A DNA stretch of 32,000 nt from Opitutales bacterium (lineage in GTDB: Bacteria > Verrucomicrobiota > Verrucomicrobiia > Opitutales > Coraliomargaritaceae). Location: NCBI GenBank assembly GCA_049606355.1, contig JBMYVL010000001.1:166871-198870 (forward strand), in the 5' to 3' direction. The stretch's first letter is position 1. Every line of letters begins with the position of its first letter. A model generated the notes under the pieces. It ran no database searches. It was not told where the DNA came from and saw nothing but the letters and a program-made list of their open reading frames with translations. The position numbers and the translations under genes were made by a program. Positions 7,502 to 16,197 of the stretch are shown here, piece after piece.

Positions 7502-8563
7502 TTCGAAGGCCCCATTGCGCACCTTCCAGACTGACCACGCCTCACTGGCTTCCGGCAGCTCGGTGCCGGTGGCGATCATTTGCCAAGCACTCGGGCTGGC
7601 CCGCCAAAAGCCGGCTTTACGCCGTGGGTCCAGCTCACCCAGTACATCGTCAGCCAAGAGTACTGGCGCGATACTCAAGCTGGCCTCAAACATGCGGGCC
7701 TGAGCGATCCGCAGCGCCACGCATAAGCCTCGTTGTTGCCCATCGGAGGCAAATTCCTTGGCGCCACCGGTATGCAAAACGAACGCTACATCATCGCGGT
7801 GGGGACCGCGTTGAGTTGAACCGATCGCTTGATCGCGCGTGCGGCTTTGCTCAAAGACCTCGCGCAGCGCCGCCACCGTCTCGCATTCGAGATTCGGTTT
7901 AAACTGGAGCTCTGGGCCCTCATCTGCCTCCGCAATTGAAGTATAGGCGTCACTTAAATGAGTCTGCAGGCGAGCTACCCCAGCCTTCCGCTTCACACTT
8001 AGCTGTAATGCCTGCGGTGCCAATTCCGCCTCGAAGGCAGACAGTTCCGCCGCACTGCCGCCACGCTTCAACAAGCGATTCCGCCCCGCGATGCCGCGAT
8101 GATAATGGCGTAAAGCTTGATAATACTCCCCATCCATAGCCGAAAGCGTTAAATCAAGAAAGCGGCGGCGCTCGCTCGGCGCACCACGCAGTAGCATCAG
8201 ATCGCCGGCACTCAGCGGAACGACCGGGAAGCGTCCAATAAAATCGCCTAAGCGGGAGACCCGCTCGCCATCCAGCCAAACCTGATGCCCCTGCCCGCCG
8301 GCGCGGATCTCGAGTTCCGTTTGCCCTAAGGTTTCATGTTCAACCGTATACACCAATGCGTAGCCCTGCGCCCCTTGGCGGCGCAACGCGGAAGTCTGCT
8401 GCGTGCGAAAGGACCTTAAAGCCGTGACTAGGCCCAGCGCTTCGAGCAGGTTCGACTTACCTTGTCCATTCGGCCCCAGTAAAAAACTACGCGCGGGCGC
8501 TAAATCCAGTTCCGCAAAGGTGATATTGCGAAAGTCCTGCAGGCGTAAATGGAGGAAGCGCAT
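7493..8563 (-). CDS. recF: DNA replication and repair protein RecF
   Basis: The N-terminus (MRFLHLRLQDFRNITFAELDLAPARSFLLGPNGQGKSNLLEALGL) is a RecF-type start with Walker A GPNGQGKS. The C-terminal region has an SMC-like signature (SDGQQR) and Walker B (LLADDVLGELD). The ATG at 8563 gives about 356 aa. The upstream ORF extension to 8665 would overlap the cysteine desulfurase gene. Confidence 0.9.
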   Translation of the reverse strand: MRFLHLRLQDFRNITFAELDLAPARSFLLGPNGQGKSNLLEALGLVTALRSFRTQQTSALRRQGAQGYALVYTVEHETLGQTELEIRAGGQGHQVWLDGERVSRLGDFIGRFPVVPLSAGDLMLLRGAPSERRRFLDLTLSAMDGEYYQALRHYHRGIAGRNRLLKRGGSAAELSAFEAELAPQALQLSVKRKAGVARLQTHLSDAYTSIAEADEGPELQFKPNLECETVAALREVFEQSRTRDQAIGSTQRGPHRDDVAFVLHTGGAKEFASDGQQRGLCVALRIAQARMFEASLSIAPVLLADDVLGELDPRRKAGFWRASPSAWQMIATGTELPEASEAWSVWKVRNGAFELQ

Positions 8564-8574
8564 ACCGTTCGTTC

Positions 8575-9696
8575 TTAGATCGTGACGACCGCGGAGCCGG
8601 AAGCCTCTTCCTCTGCTCGCAATTCCGCATATACGGCACGTAGCTCGGTGGCGAGCTCGGCCCACTCTTGTGGAGTTGTTGCCGCGCTACTACTGATACG
8701 TAAACTGCGACGCATCGCTGCGTCTGAAATGCCCATCGCCGCCAGTACCGTTGAAGGTCCAGCCTTGGCAGTGGCGCAGGCCGCACCGGAACTGAGCCAA
8801 TAGCCACGCTTCTCCAACGCACGAATCCAACGATTGCTGGCAAACTCCGGAGCCAAGAGCAGCGCCGTGTTCCACAATCGCGCTGCCCCTTGACCGACGC
8901 ATTCAAATTCTGGTAAGGCCGCTAAAAAAGCATCGCGACCTGTCGACTCCCCCACTCGCGCTGCGGCCAAGGCAGCCACCATTGCCATGATCCCGGCGAC
9001 ATTTTCCGTACCCGCGCGCCGACCCGACTCCTGGCCTCCGCCGGCAAAACAGGCGAAGCCGGATTCATCTGCCGGCAACAACCAAAACCCAACCCCACGC
9101 GGTCCGCCAAATTTATGCGCACAGGCCGTCAGATAAGCGCAGGCAGCGAGCCCAGCGAGTGGCTGTTTACCTACCCATTGCGACGCATCGCAGTGATAGG
9201 CGACCCCAGCTGCTTGAGCCGCGTGCGCAATCGCCTGCCAAGGGTTCATAACCCCGGTTTCATGATTGGCGGCCATCACCGAAACTGCCGCCAATTCATC
9301 CCAGTTAATCGCTTCAAGAGCCACCGCGCCATTGCGATCGAGAGCCAACCATTCCACCCGATCCCCAAAGTAGCACTGCGCCGATTCAATCACACTGGGG
9401 TGCTCGGTTGGGCTCACTCCAATGCGTGCCCCTGCAGGCAAGCTAGCCGACCAGTAGGCAAAGATCGCATTATTGCCCTCGGTCGCACCCGAGTTGAAGA
9501 CGACCCGCTGCGACTCCACGCCCAACAGCGTCGCTAGCTCCGAACGCGCGGCCTCTAAGTGCGCATGGACTCGTGCAGCCGCGCGATAGGGACTCGAGGG
9601 ATTCAGCCAAAGGTCATCATTTGCGCGATTCCATGCGGCCCTGGCCTCCACACATAGCGGAGTGGTCGCATTGCAATCAAAATAGCGCATTTCCAT
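8575..9696 (-). CDS. Cysteine desulfurase (class V aminotransferase, NifS/IscS-like)
   Basis: A PLP-lysine motif (ACAHKFGGPRGVG) and an active-site cysteine loop (LSSGAACAT, compare SSGSAC of IscS/NifS) are present. The N-terminus (YFDCNATTP) is typical of the family. Confidence 0.85.
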   Translation of the reverse strand: MEMRYFDCNATTPLCVEARAAWNRANDDLWLNPSSPYRAAARVHAHLEAARSELATLLGVESQRVVFNSGATEGNNAIFAYWSASLPAGARIGVSPTEHPSVIESAQCYFGDRVEWLALDRNGAVALEAINWDELAAVSVMAANHETGVMNPWQAIAHAAQAAGVAYHCDASQWVGKQPLAGLAACAYLTACAHKFGGPRGVGFWLLPADESGFACFAGGGQESGRRAGTENVAGIMAMVAALAAARVGESTGRDAFLAALPEFECVGQGAARLWNTALLLAPEFASNRWIRALEKRGYWLSSGAACATAKAGPSTVLAAMGISDAAMRRSLRISSSAATTPQEWAELATELRAVYAELRAEEEASGSAVVTI

Positions 9697-9708
9697 GGCG
9701 CAGTCTTA

Positions 9709-10485
9709 CTAAGGGATTCGCAGGTCCTGCCCGACGCGCAGCGCATTCTCACTGGACATGCGATCCCGATTTGCTTGGTAAATATCAATCCAGCGCGAGG
9801 GGGTTCCGTAAAACTTGCGGCTAATCGAGCTGAGCGAATCTCCGGATTGGACGGTGTAACTGCGTGGCACTGTGGCCGGATCCGGTGCGGCCCTAGCCAC
9901 TGGCGCTGCTGGCTCCACCCGCGGTACGGCAGGCTGCGGTACGGCGGCAGATGCCGACGTCGACGATGCCCGTCGTGCGCCGCCCAGCATTCCTTCCAAC
10001 TGGCGGACGCGTTGCTGCGCGGCAACCCACTCGCGCTTCAGGCTCTCATTTTCCTGCTTCAGGCCTTTGAGTAGCTCCATTAAATCAATACGGTCCAGCT
10101 GGCCCTCGTAGGGCCGTGCCGGCAACTGCCGAGCAAACTCCTTTTCGGCAGTCTCAACCAACTGCTCAACTTGCATCAATTGGTTCGAGTCGGGCTTCAA
10201 TTGGATATAGCGCTTAAAATGATAAATCGCACTGATCGGATCCTTCATCTCCTGCAGGTAAATGTAACCCGCCTCAAAATGCGATTCGGGGGCATCACGA
10301 CGCGCATCAATTACTCTCAGAAAGGCACTCAGGGCCTCCTCGACACGACCCTGTGCCTGATAGCCCTTCGCCAGTTGATATTGCTTTTCATCCGTCTCGC
10401 TAACGACTTCCACCAGTTCCGGCGAACACCCAGGGAGCAGGCAGCTTAGGCAAACAGCAGTGAGACAAAGACGGAGGCAGTGCAT
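9709..10485 (-). CDS. Lipoprotein with TPR-like repeats, a coiled coil, a Pro/Ala linker and a C-terminal LysM peptidoglycan-binding domain
   Basis: A lipobox is present (CLSCLLPG/CSP). There is TPR-like helical content (YQLAKGYQAQGRVEEALSAFLRVI...YIYLQEMKDPISAIYHFKRYIQLKPD). The C-terminus carries a LysM domain (YTVQSGDSLSSISRKFYGTPSRWIDIYQANRDRMSSENALRVGQDLRIP). Confidence 0.8.
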   Translation of the reverse strand: MHCLRLCLTAVCLSCLLPGCSPELVEVVSETDEKQYQLAKGYQAQGRVEEALSAFLRVIDARRDAPESHFEAGYIYLQEMKDPISAIYHFKRYIQLKPDSNQLMQVEQLVETAEKEFARQLPARPYEGQLDRIDLMELLKGLKQENESLKREWVAAQQRVRQLEGMLGGARRASSTSASAAVPQPAVPRVEPAAPVARAAPDPATVPRSYTVQSGDSLSSISRKFYGTPSRWIDIYQANRDRMSSENALRVGQDLRIP

Positions 10486-10540
10486 AACAAATGAGAATCA
10501 ACTCGAATAAACGGTAGCTTCAACAAAGACCGCAGAACAA

Positions 10541-11548
10541 TCAACCCCCAACCGTAGCTGCAGCCGGCTGCAGCAAGATCTTACCGAACCGTGGCTGTTG
10601 GGCATGTTCAATCGCAGCGGCAAAGGCTGGAAGTGGATAGGTTGCTGCGACCGGCAACTGTAAGCTGCCGTTCAAAAGCATTGAGAATACCGCATCCATG
10701 ACGGCCTGGACCTCCTCCGTGCCCGCTGCTTGACTCCACTGGTCCCACCAAAAACCCCGCAAGCGTAGGTCATTAAAAATTAGATAACGCGTCGGGAATC
10801 GGATCGGATCGCCCACCATACCCCCAAAGGTCACTTGCAGGCCGCCCTGCCCCAGCGCTTTGATTTGGTCGATTGCGCTACGCCCGCCAATCGAATTGAG
10901 TGCCAAACGGATCGTCGCGCCATCGGTCAAAGTCGCCACCGATTGCACCCAATCACTGCCTTCGAGCACCACATGATCGGCCCCAAGCGCCTTGAGCGGC
11001 TCCTGCAACTCCGGACGACGGACTTGGCTGATCGTGCGCAGCCCCATGGCTTTCGCCATTTGTATTACTGCCAAGCCCACTGCAGAGTTGCCGGCATTTT
11101 GTACCACCCAGCTGCCTTTGGGCAGATCCACCATGCGAGTTAACAAGCAGTAGGCGGTCGGTGGGTTGATAAAGGCCATGGCCGCCTGCTCCACCGACAC
11201 TGCTTGTGGCACCAGCAGTAGCTCGTCGACCGAAACACATGCGAACTCTTGCCATGCGCCCACAGCGGGGAAGCGCACGCGAGTTCCAAGCGCAACATCC
11301 GCCACTCCGGCTCCCAGCGCATCGACCTCGCCCACTCCCTCGCGACCCGCCACCGCGGGTAATGGGCGCAACTTCCCATAACTGCCTGCGATCATACCTA
11401 AGTCCGAAGGATTGATTGCCGCTCGCAGTAAGCGTATGCGTACCTCACCCGCTTGAGGCTCAGGGCGGTCGATTTGCTCGAGGCGAAGGACCTCCCGCGG
11501 GGCTCCGTAGCTATGGTGACGAATCGCTGCTTGCTGACGCATACACAT
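10541..11548 (-). CDS. MDR-superfamily NAD(P)H-dependent oxidoreductase (quinone oxidoreductase / 2-enoyl thioester reductase-like)
   Basis: GEVRIRLLRAAINPSDLGMIAGSYG...PAVAGREGVGEV is typical of zinc-independent MDR enoyl reductases and quinone oxidoreductases. The nucleotide-binding stretch is VVQNAGNSAVGLAVIQMAK. Alternative ATG starts lie at 11548 and 11542. Confidence 0.75.
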   Translation of the reverse strand: MCMRQQAAIRHHSYGAPREVLRLEQIDRPEPQAGEVRIRLLRAAINPSDLGMIAGSYGKLRPLPAVAGREGVGEVDALGAGVADVALGTRVRFPAVGAWQEFACVSVDELLLVPQAVSVEQAAMAFINPPTAYCLLTRMVDLPKGSWVVQNAGNSAVGLAVIQMAKAMGLRTISQVRRPELQEPLKALGADHVVLEGSDWVQSVATLTDGATIRLALNSIGGRSAIDQIKALGQGGLQVTFGGMVGDPIRFPTRYLIFNDLRLRGFWWDQWSQAAGTEEVQAVMDAVFSMLLNGSLQLPVAATYPLPAFAAAIEHAQQPRFGKILLQPAAATVGG

Positions 11549-11687
11549 AACTTGCGCGGATCACATGCCACCCGCAAAGATTTTTCACTCGATGGCGCAT
11601 ATAAAAGCAGATCCAGAGTTGCCTCCGCAGACATCTCATTCATTCACTGTGCTATCTCCAACGACAGACCTCGATTCATTACACCTC

Positions 11688-13751
11688 ATGGCGCACCCAT
11701 TCCTCTCCAATGACTTTCATATTCGCTGGTCGACGCTCACTCCTGCAGCCATCGAAGCCGACATCACACAAGCGCTGGTTGACGCGGAAGCCGCCGTGGC
11801 AGCGATCACCGCTGAGGGCAACGCCGCCGAGTTGAGTTATGCCAGTACTTTCGGAGCACTCGATCGCGCACTCGAGCCACTCAATCACGCCTGGGGGCTC
11901 GTCAGCCATCTCGATTCCGTGTGCAATAGCCCCGAGCTTCGCACGGCCTACAATGCGATGCTGCCAAAGGTCTCCGCATTCTTCGCGGCCATTCCACTCA
12001 ATCAAGCACTCTGGCAGCACCTCAAGGCTTATGGTGAAACTGCCGCGATCACCGATCTTTCACCGACCCGCCAGCGTCACGTTCAAGAAACCCTGGCCGA
12101 CTTCCGCGAACAGGGCGCCGATCTGCCACCGGAACAAAAACAACGGGCGGCCGCGCTGCAGGAGCAGCTGGCCAAACTCACCCAGAAATACTCCGAAAAC
12201 TGTCTGGATGCGACCAATGCTTGGGAACGAGTGGTGAACGACCCCAGCGAACTCGCCGGACTACCTGAATCCGCCCGCGCCGCCGCCCGCCAAAGTGCCG
12301 AACAGGCGGGCTATTCCGAAGGCTGGCGTTTCACCCTACAGGCGCCGAGTTACATCGCAGTGATGACCCATGCGGACAGCGAAGCCTTGCGCAAAGCTGT
12401 CTGGCAGGCCTATGCCGCACTCGGTCGCGAAGCCCCCTACGACAACCGCGAACTGGTTCGCCAAATTCTGGACCTGCGTCATGAGTTCGCCCAACTGATG
12501 GGACGAGCCCACTTCGCCGACCATGTGACGGCGCGCCGCATGGCGGGATCCGGGCAGGCAGCCCTCGACTTCGGGGAAAGCATCTTTGCTCGCCTCGAAG
12601 CCGCATTTCAAAGCGAAGCCCTGACCTTGCGCGCCTTTAAAGCCTCCGCCACCGGCGTCGCTGCCCCCGCAGGAAAGGAGCCCCCACTGATGGAGCCATG
12701 GGATGTCGCCTACTGGGCCGAAAAACAGCGGGAGGCAAACTACGATTTCGATGAAGAAGCCCTGCGGCCCTACTTCCCCATCGATCGCGTCGTTGAAGGA
12801 CTATTCGCCATCACCGAGGAGCTCTTCGGCTTGCGCATCGCAGCACGCGATGACGTCGATGTCTGGCATCCCGATGTGCAATTTTACGAGCTACATGACC
12901 GTGATTCCGGCGAGCACCTCGGCTCTTTCTACGCGGACTGGCACCCGCGGAGTTCGAAGCGGGGCGGCGCATGGATGAACTACCTGACCACCGGCGACCG
13001 CGATCCGCAACAGCGCAGCCCTCACCTCGGTCTTATCTGCGGTAATCTGAGCCCCGCCATCGGCGACCAACCCGCGCTCCTGACTCATCGCGAAGTGGAA
13101 ACGATCTTCCACGAATTTGGCCATTTATTGCATCACCTGTGCGGCGAGGTCGAAGTCAAATCCCTCAATGGTGTCAACGTGCCATGGGATTTTGTCGAGC
13201 TCCCCTCGCAAATTCTGGAGAATTGGTGCTGGGAGCGTGCCAGTTTAGACCGCTTCGCGCGCCACTACCAAAGCGATGCACCGATCCCCCAGTCATTGTT
13301 TGAAAAACTGTGCCGTGCGCGCAATTACCGGAAAGCCAGTACCGCGGCTCGCCAACTCGCCTTCGGTAAAATGGACCTCGAGCTACACATCAACTGGCCC
13401 AAAAGCGAGCAGTCAGACCTCGATACGTTTATCGAGACGGCGCTGCAGGCCTACACACTTGCTTACCGGACCCCGCCGCAATCAAACGTCTTTAATTTCA
13501 GCCACCTGTTTAGCAGCCCGACCGGATATGCTGCCGGCTACTACAGTTACAAATGGGCCGAAGTCCTCGATGCGGATGCCTTCACCCGCTTTCAGAAGGA
13601 AGGGATCCTCAATCCAGCAACTGGGCGCGCGTTCCGTCATACTATTCTCGCCAAAGGAAACGCGGCTGACCCCGCCCAGTTGTTTCGAGATTTCATGGGG
13701 CGCGACCCCGACCCCGAAGCGCTGTTGCGCCGCGATGGACTGATCGAGTAA
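11688..13751 (+). CDS. M3-family zinc metallopeptidase (oligopeptidase A / peptidyl-dipeptidase Dcp-like)
   Basis: The zinc motif HEFGHLLHH is present, with a downstream E in FVELPSQILENW. Other M3-typical blocks are AYWAEK and GYAAGYYSYKWAEVL. I prefer the ATG at 11688 (MAHPFLSNDF) over the ORF-track start at 11565, because homologs begin near this point and 11565 would crowd the divergent promoter region. Confidence 0.9.
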   Translation: MAHPFLSNDFHIRWSTLTPAAIEADITQALVDAEAAVAAITAEGNAAELSYASTFGALDRALEPLNHAWGLVSHLDSVCNSPELRTAYNAMLPKVSAFFAAIPLNQALWQHLKAYGETAAITDLSPTRQRHVQETLADFREQGADLPPEQKQRAAALQEQLAKLTQKYSENCLDATNAWERVVNDPSELAGLPESARAAARQSAEQAGYSEGWRFTLQAPSYIAVMTHADSEALRKAVWQAYAALGREAPYDNRELVRQILDLRHEFAQLMGRAHFADHVTARRMAGSGQAALDFGESIFARLEAAFQSEALTLRAFKASATGVAAPAGKEPPLMEPWDVAYWAEKQREANYDFDEEALRPYFPIDRVVEGLFAITEELFGLRIAARDDVDVWHPDVQFYELHDRDSGEHLGSFYADWHPRSSKRGGAWMNYLTTGDRDPQQRSPHLGLICGNLSPAIGDQPALLTHREVETIFHEFGHLLHHLCGEVEVKSLNGVNVPWDFVELPSQILENWCWERASLDRFARHYQSDAPIPQSLFEKLCRARNYRKASTAARQLAFGKMDLELHINWPKSEQSDLDTFIETALQAYTLAYRTPPQSNVFNFSHLFSSPTGYAAGYYSYKWAEVLDADAFTRFQKEGILNPATGRAFRHTILAKGNAADPAQLFRDFMGRDPDPEALLRRDGLIE

Positions 13752-13837
13752 GTCGTCCCACACCCGTGTTGTTTAAGACAGTCGATTCCTGTCGGATTAG
13801 GAGCTGCGCTGGTTGAGTCTGCGCGCACAACGAATAC

Positions 13838-13863
13838 ACTACCTTTACTCCCAGAAAGGTAGT
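13838..13863 (+). promoter_or_regulatory. 5'-UTR hairpin occluding the ribosome-binding region of the FG-GAP gene
   Basis: A 9-bp perfect stem (ACTACCTTT at 13838-13846 pairing with AAAGGTAGT at 13855-13863) closes an 8-nt loop (ACTCCCAG). The 3' arm contains the only purine-rich SD-like element (GAAAGG) and ends one nucleotide before the ATG at 13864. Confidence 0.45.
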
Positions 13864-15537
13864 ATGAAACACTCTCAATCAACCCTTCAATACATCCAAT
13901 CCATTGCGCTGCTTGGTGCTTGTGCCATCAGCTTTTCCCTATCCACTCGAGCCAACTCAAGCGACCCCGCTCCATTTGCCTATACACTCGATAGCTATGC
14001 ACCACTGACCCTTTATTCGGGGTGCCACGTGGCCGACCTAGACTCCAATGGCTCACTTGAGCTAATTCTAGGCCAGCGTTACTGGAATGATGCCGGCAAC
14101 ATCGAGATCTGGGCGCTTGCCTCCACGCCCAAGACACTCACACGAGAAACGCAGCTTTACCTATCGGGAGAACCCCATGCGGTTCAAGCCGCTGATTTCG
14201 ATGGTGACGGCTTGAAGGAGATTGTCGCCGCCGGGCGCGGCTGGGGGCCTCATTACGCCGACTCATCAACGACGGGCTGGAGCCCGCCAGTCGCCCTCTC
14301 ACCGCAAGCCTACAGTTGGCAGGTGGCCGTTGCCGATTTTGATGCGGATGGCACCCCTGACTTCTTTCAAGGAGTCAACGGCTCTGCGGTCGGCCGTATC
14401 TTTTACGGCAATGGCGACGACAGCTTTACCGTGGTCAACTTGGCCCCGGCGTACAACCGCGGGCTCGGCTTTACCGCCATTGATGTCAACGCGGACGGCA
14501 CAGTTGACCTAATCGGCATGCAAGATGCCGGTACAATCTCCTACCTAACGGTTTACTACAACCTGGGAGGGCGCACGTGGTCAGCACCCAACTACGTGGC
14601 GCAGGTGCCGGGTCCGGTCGATCCGCATGTCGCGCCCAGCGCCGGCGATTTTAATGGGGATGGCGCCGTTGACGCGGTTACCCTGCAGTACCAAGGTTCC
14701 ACATCCAGCGATCTTGTCTACTTCGAAGGCGGCAGCGGGCCGACCTGGACGCCACGTGTGATTGAAACGCTCAGCGGTCGTTGGGGGATGCCGGCAGTGG
14801 GCGACGTCAACAATGACGGCCGGCTTGACATCCTCATTGGCGGCGGTGCCAGCAAGGAAGACCTCCTCATTTATCGCGGCGATGGCTCAGGGGGCTTTAT
14901 CCGCCAAACGATCGACCTCGATCATGGTGCAGGCGCCTTGAACTTCCTGAACGTGGCCGATTTGAATGCCGATGGCTATGCAGATATTGTCGCCGGCCGT
15001 GGCCTCGTCGGAGGCCCGACGCCCGCAGCCGATGGTTTTGATGTCTTTTGGGGGCAGGAACCCGACAGCGATTTAGACGGGGTCGTCGACAGCCTCGATA
15101 ATTGCCCATATATTGCGAACCCCACCCAGATCGATACCGATATGGATGGGCTCGGCGATGCCTGCGATCCGCTTACCTATCAATTCAGTGGATTTTTTAG
15201 ACCGCTCGACAACGACCGCATCAATCGAGCCAAGGCGGGGCGGACCATCCCGATTCAATGGCACTTGTCTGATCTTGCCGGCCAGCCCGTGACCGATCCC
15301 GCGAGTTTTATCAGCATAACTTCGGTCGCAGTCGCTCTCAGCGAGACCGATGAAGCCATTGCCGTCGAAGCCACGACAGCCGGCGCATCCGGTTTACAGA
15401 ACCTCGGCGGCGGGTTCTGGCAGTATAATTGGAAAACTCCCAAAGATTATGCCGGCACCGGGCGGCGGGTCTACCTCAACCTGGCCGATCAGAGCGGTTG
15501 TCCATCCACTCGGACGATACAGTTTGAATTCAAATAA
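13864..15537 (+). CDS. Secreted FG-GAP/VCBS beta-propeller protein with thrombospondin type 3 repeats and a C-terminal beta domain
   Basis: A signal peptide follows the ATG at 13864 (MKHSQSTLQYIQSIALLGACAISFSLSTRA). There are at least six Ca-binding DxDxDG-type loops: ADFDGDGLKEIV, ADFDADGTPDF, IDVNADGTVDLI, GDFNGDGAVDAV, GDVNNDGRLDIL and ADLNADGYADIV. A canonical TSP3 repeat lies at nt 15061-15168 (DSDLDGVVDSLDNCPYIANPTQIDTDMDGLGDACD). The C-terminal roughly 115 aa (FSGFFRPL...GRTIPIQW...WQYNWKTPK) resemble the PxKF-type domain as I recall it. Confidence 0.85.
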   Translation: MKHSQSTLQYIQSIALLGACAISFSLSTRANSSDPAPFAYTLDSYAPLTLYSGCHVADLDSNGSLELILGQRYWNDAGNIEIWALASTPKTLTRETQLYLSGEPHAVQAADFDGDGLKEIVAAGRGWGPHYADSSTTGWSPPVALSPQAYSWQVAVADFDADGTPDFFQGVNGSAVGRIFYGNGDDSFTVVNLAPAYNRGLGFTAIDVNADGTVDLIGMQDAGTISYLTVYYNLGGRTWSAPNYVAQVPGPVDPHVAPSAGDFNGDGAVDAVTLQYQGSTSSDLVYFEGGSGPTWTPRVIETLSGRWGMPAVGDVNNDGRLDILIGGGASKEDLLIYRGDGSGGFIRQTIDLDHGAGALNFLNVADLNADGYADIVAGRGLVGGPTPAADGFDVFWGQEPDSDLDGVVDSLDNCPYIANPTQIDTDMDGLGDACDPLTYQFSGFFRPLDNDRINRAKAGRTIPIQWHLSDLAGQPVTDPASFISITSVAVALSETDEAIAVEATTAGASGLQNLGGGFWQYNWKTPKDYAGTGRRVYLNLADQSGCPSTRTIQFEFK

Positions 15538-15548
15538 GGACCGCCCGC

Positions 15549-16151
15549 TCAAAACACCACGTAGCCTTGCGCGAGTTTGACGACAAACACGCCAAGGTTG
15601 CTGGTGGCATGAGCAATCATGCAGGGGAAGATCGATCGGTTCGGATTCCATCGGCCAAACCGTAGCGCATAAAACCACAACGAGTTCACAAACAAGATCG
15701 ACGTGGTAAACACCGCCTTCGTGGTGCATGTAAAGGCAAAGCCATCCTCAGTGCTCCACAAGTGTCCGTGAATGAGGGCAAAGAGCAGCGAAAATCCAAG
15801 GCAGCTGCCAACCAACCAGGTGCGCCCCCGATTCGACACCACTAAATATCCGCGAAAAATAACTTCTTCGACGATCCCCGCAGCGAGACTGGCAAAAACA
15901 AAGTACCAGACCATTTCACTCTGCTCGGATGCAATACCGAGGGTGATTTCGCCACCGGTTTCGATCGCGAGGATCGCGAGGGCGCCCAAGATACCAATTA
16001 GGACCGCGCCTAGATTCATTGCCGTAGCTCCGGGCAATCCACCCTCGCTGAGTCGCCCCGATTGATTGCTACGATAATCCGCGCGATACAGATTAAGAAC
16101 ATAGCCGGCAACGCCCAGATACAGTACAATCATTACAGGGTTTTCATTCAT
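15549..16151 (-). CDS. CPBP-family intramembrane glutamic protease (CAAX protease / bacteriocin-processing family)
   Basis: It is a polytopic membrane protein with the three CPBP motifs: EEVIFRGYL, FALIHG and HATSNL. The ORF-track start at 16157 is GTG. The first ATG is at 16151 (MNENP). Confidence 0.8.
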   Translation of the reverse strand: MNENPVMIVLYLGVAGYVLNLYRADYRSNQSGRLSEGGLPGATAMNLGAVLIGILGALAILAIETGGEITLGIASEQSEMVWYFVFASLAAGIVEEVIFRGYLVVSNRGRTWLVGSCLGFSLLFALIHGHLWSTEDGFAFTCTTKAVFTTSILFVNSLWFYALRFGRWNPNRSIFPCMIAHATSNLGVFVVKLAQGYVVF

Positions 16152-16197
16152 CGGCACCCCTCACCCCAGTACAATCGCGAACAAACCCTTGCGGCAC

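Noticed and set aside
11565-11687. Upstream extensions of ORF-track models: M3 peptidase 11565-11687, recF 8564-8665, FG-GAP 13813-13863, PilP-like 3459-3554, dUTPase-like 16570-16602
   Set aside because: Some extensions begin at non-ATG codons, and some overlap the neighbouring gene. Each precedes a much better N-terminus: a signal peptide, a TM helix or a conserved family N-terminus at an internal ATG.
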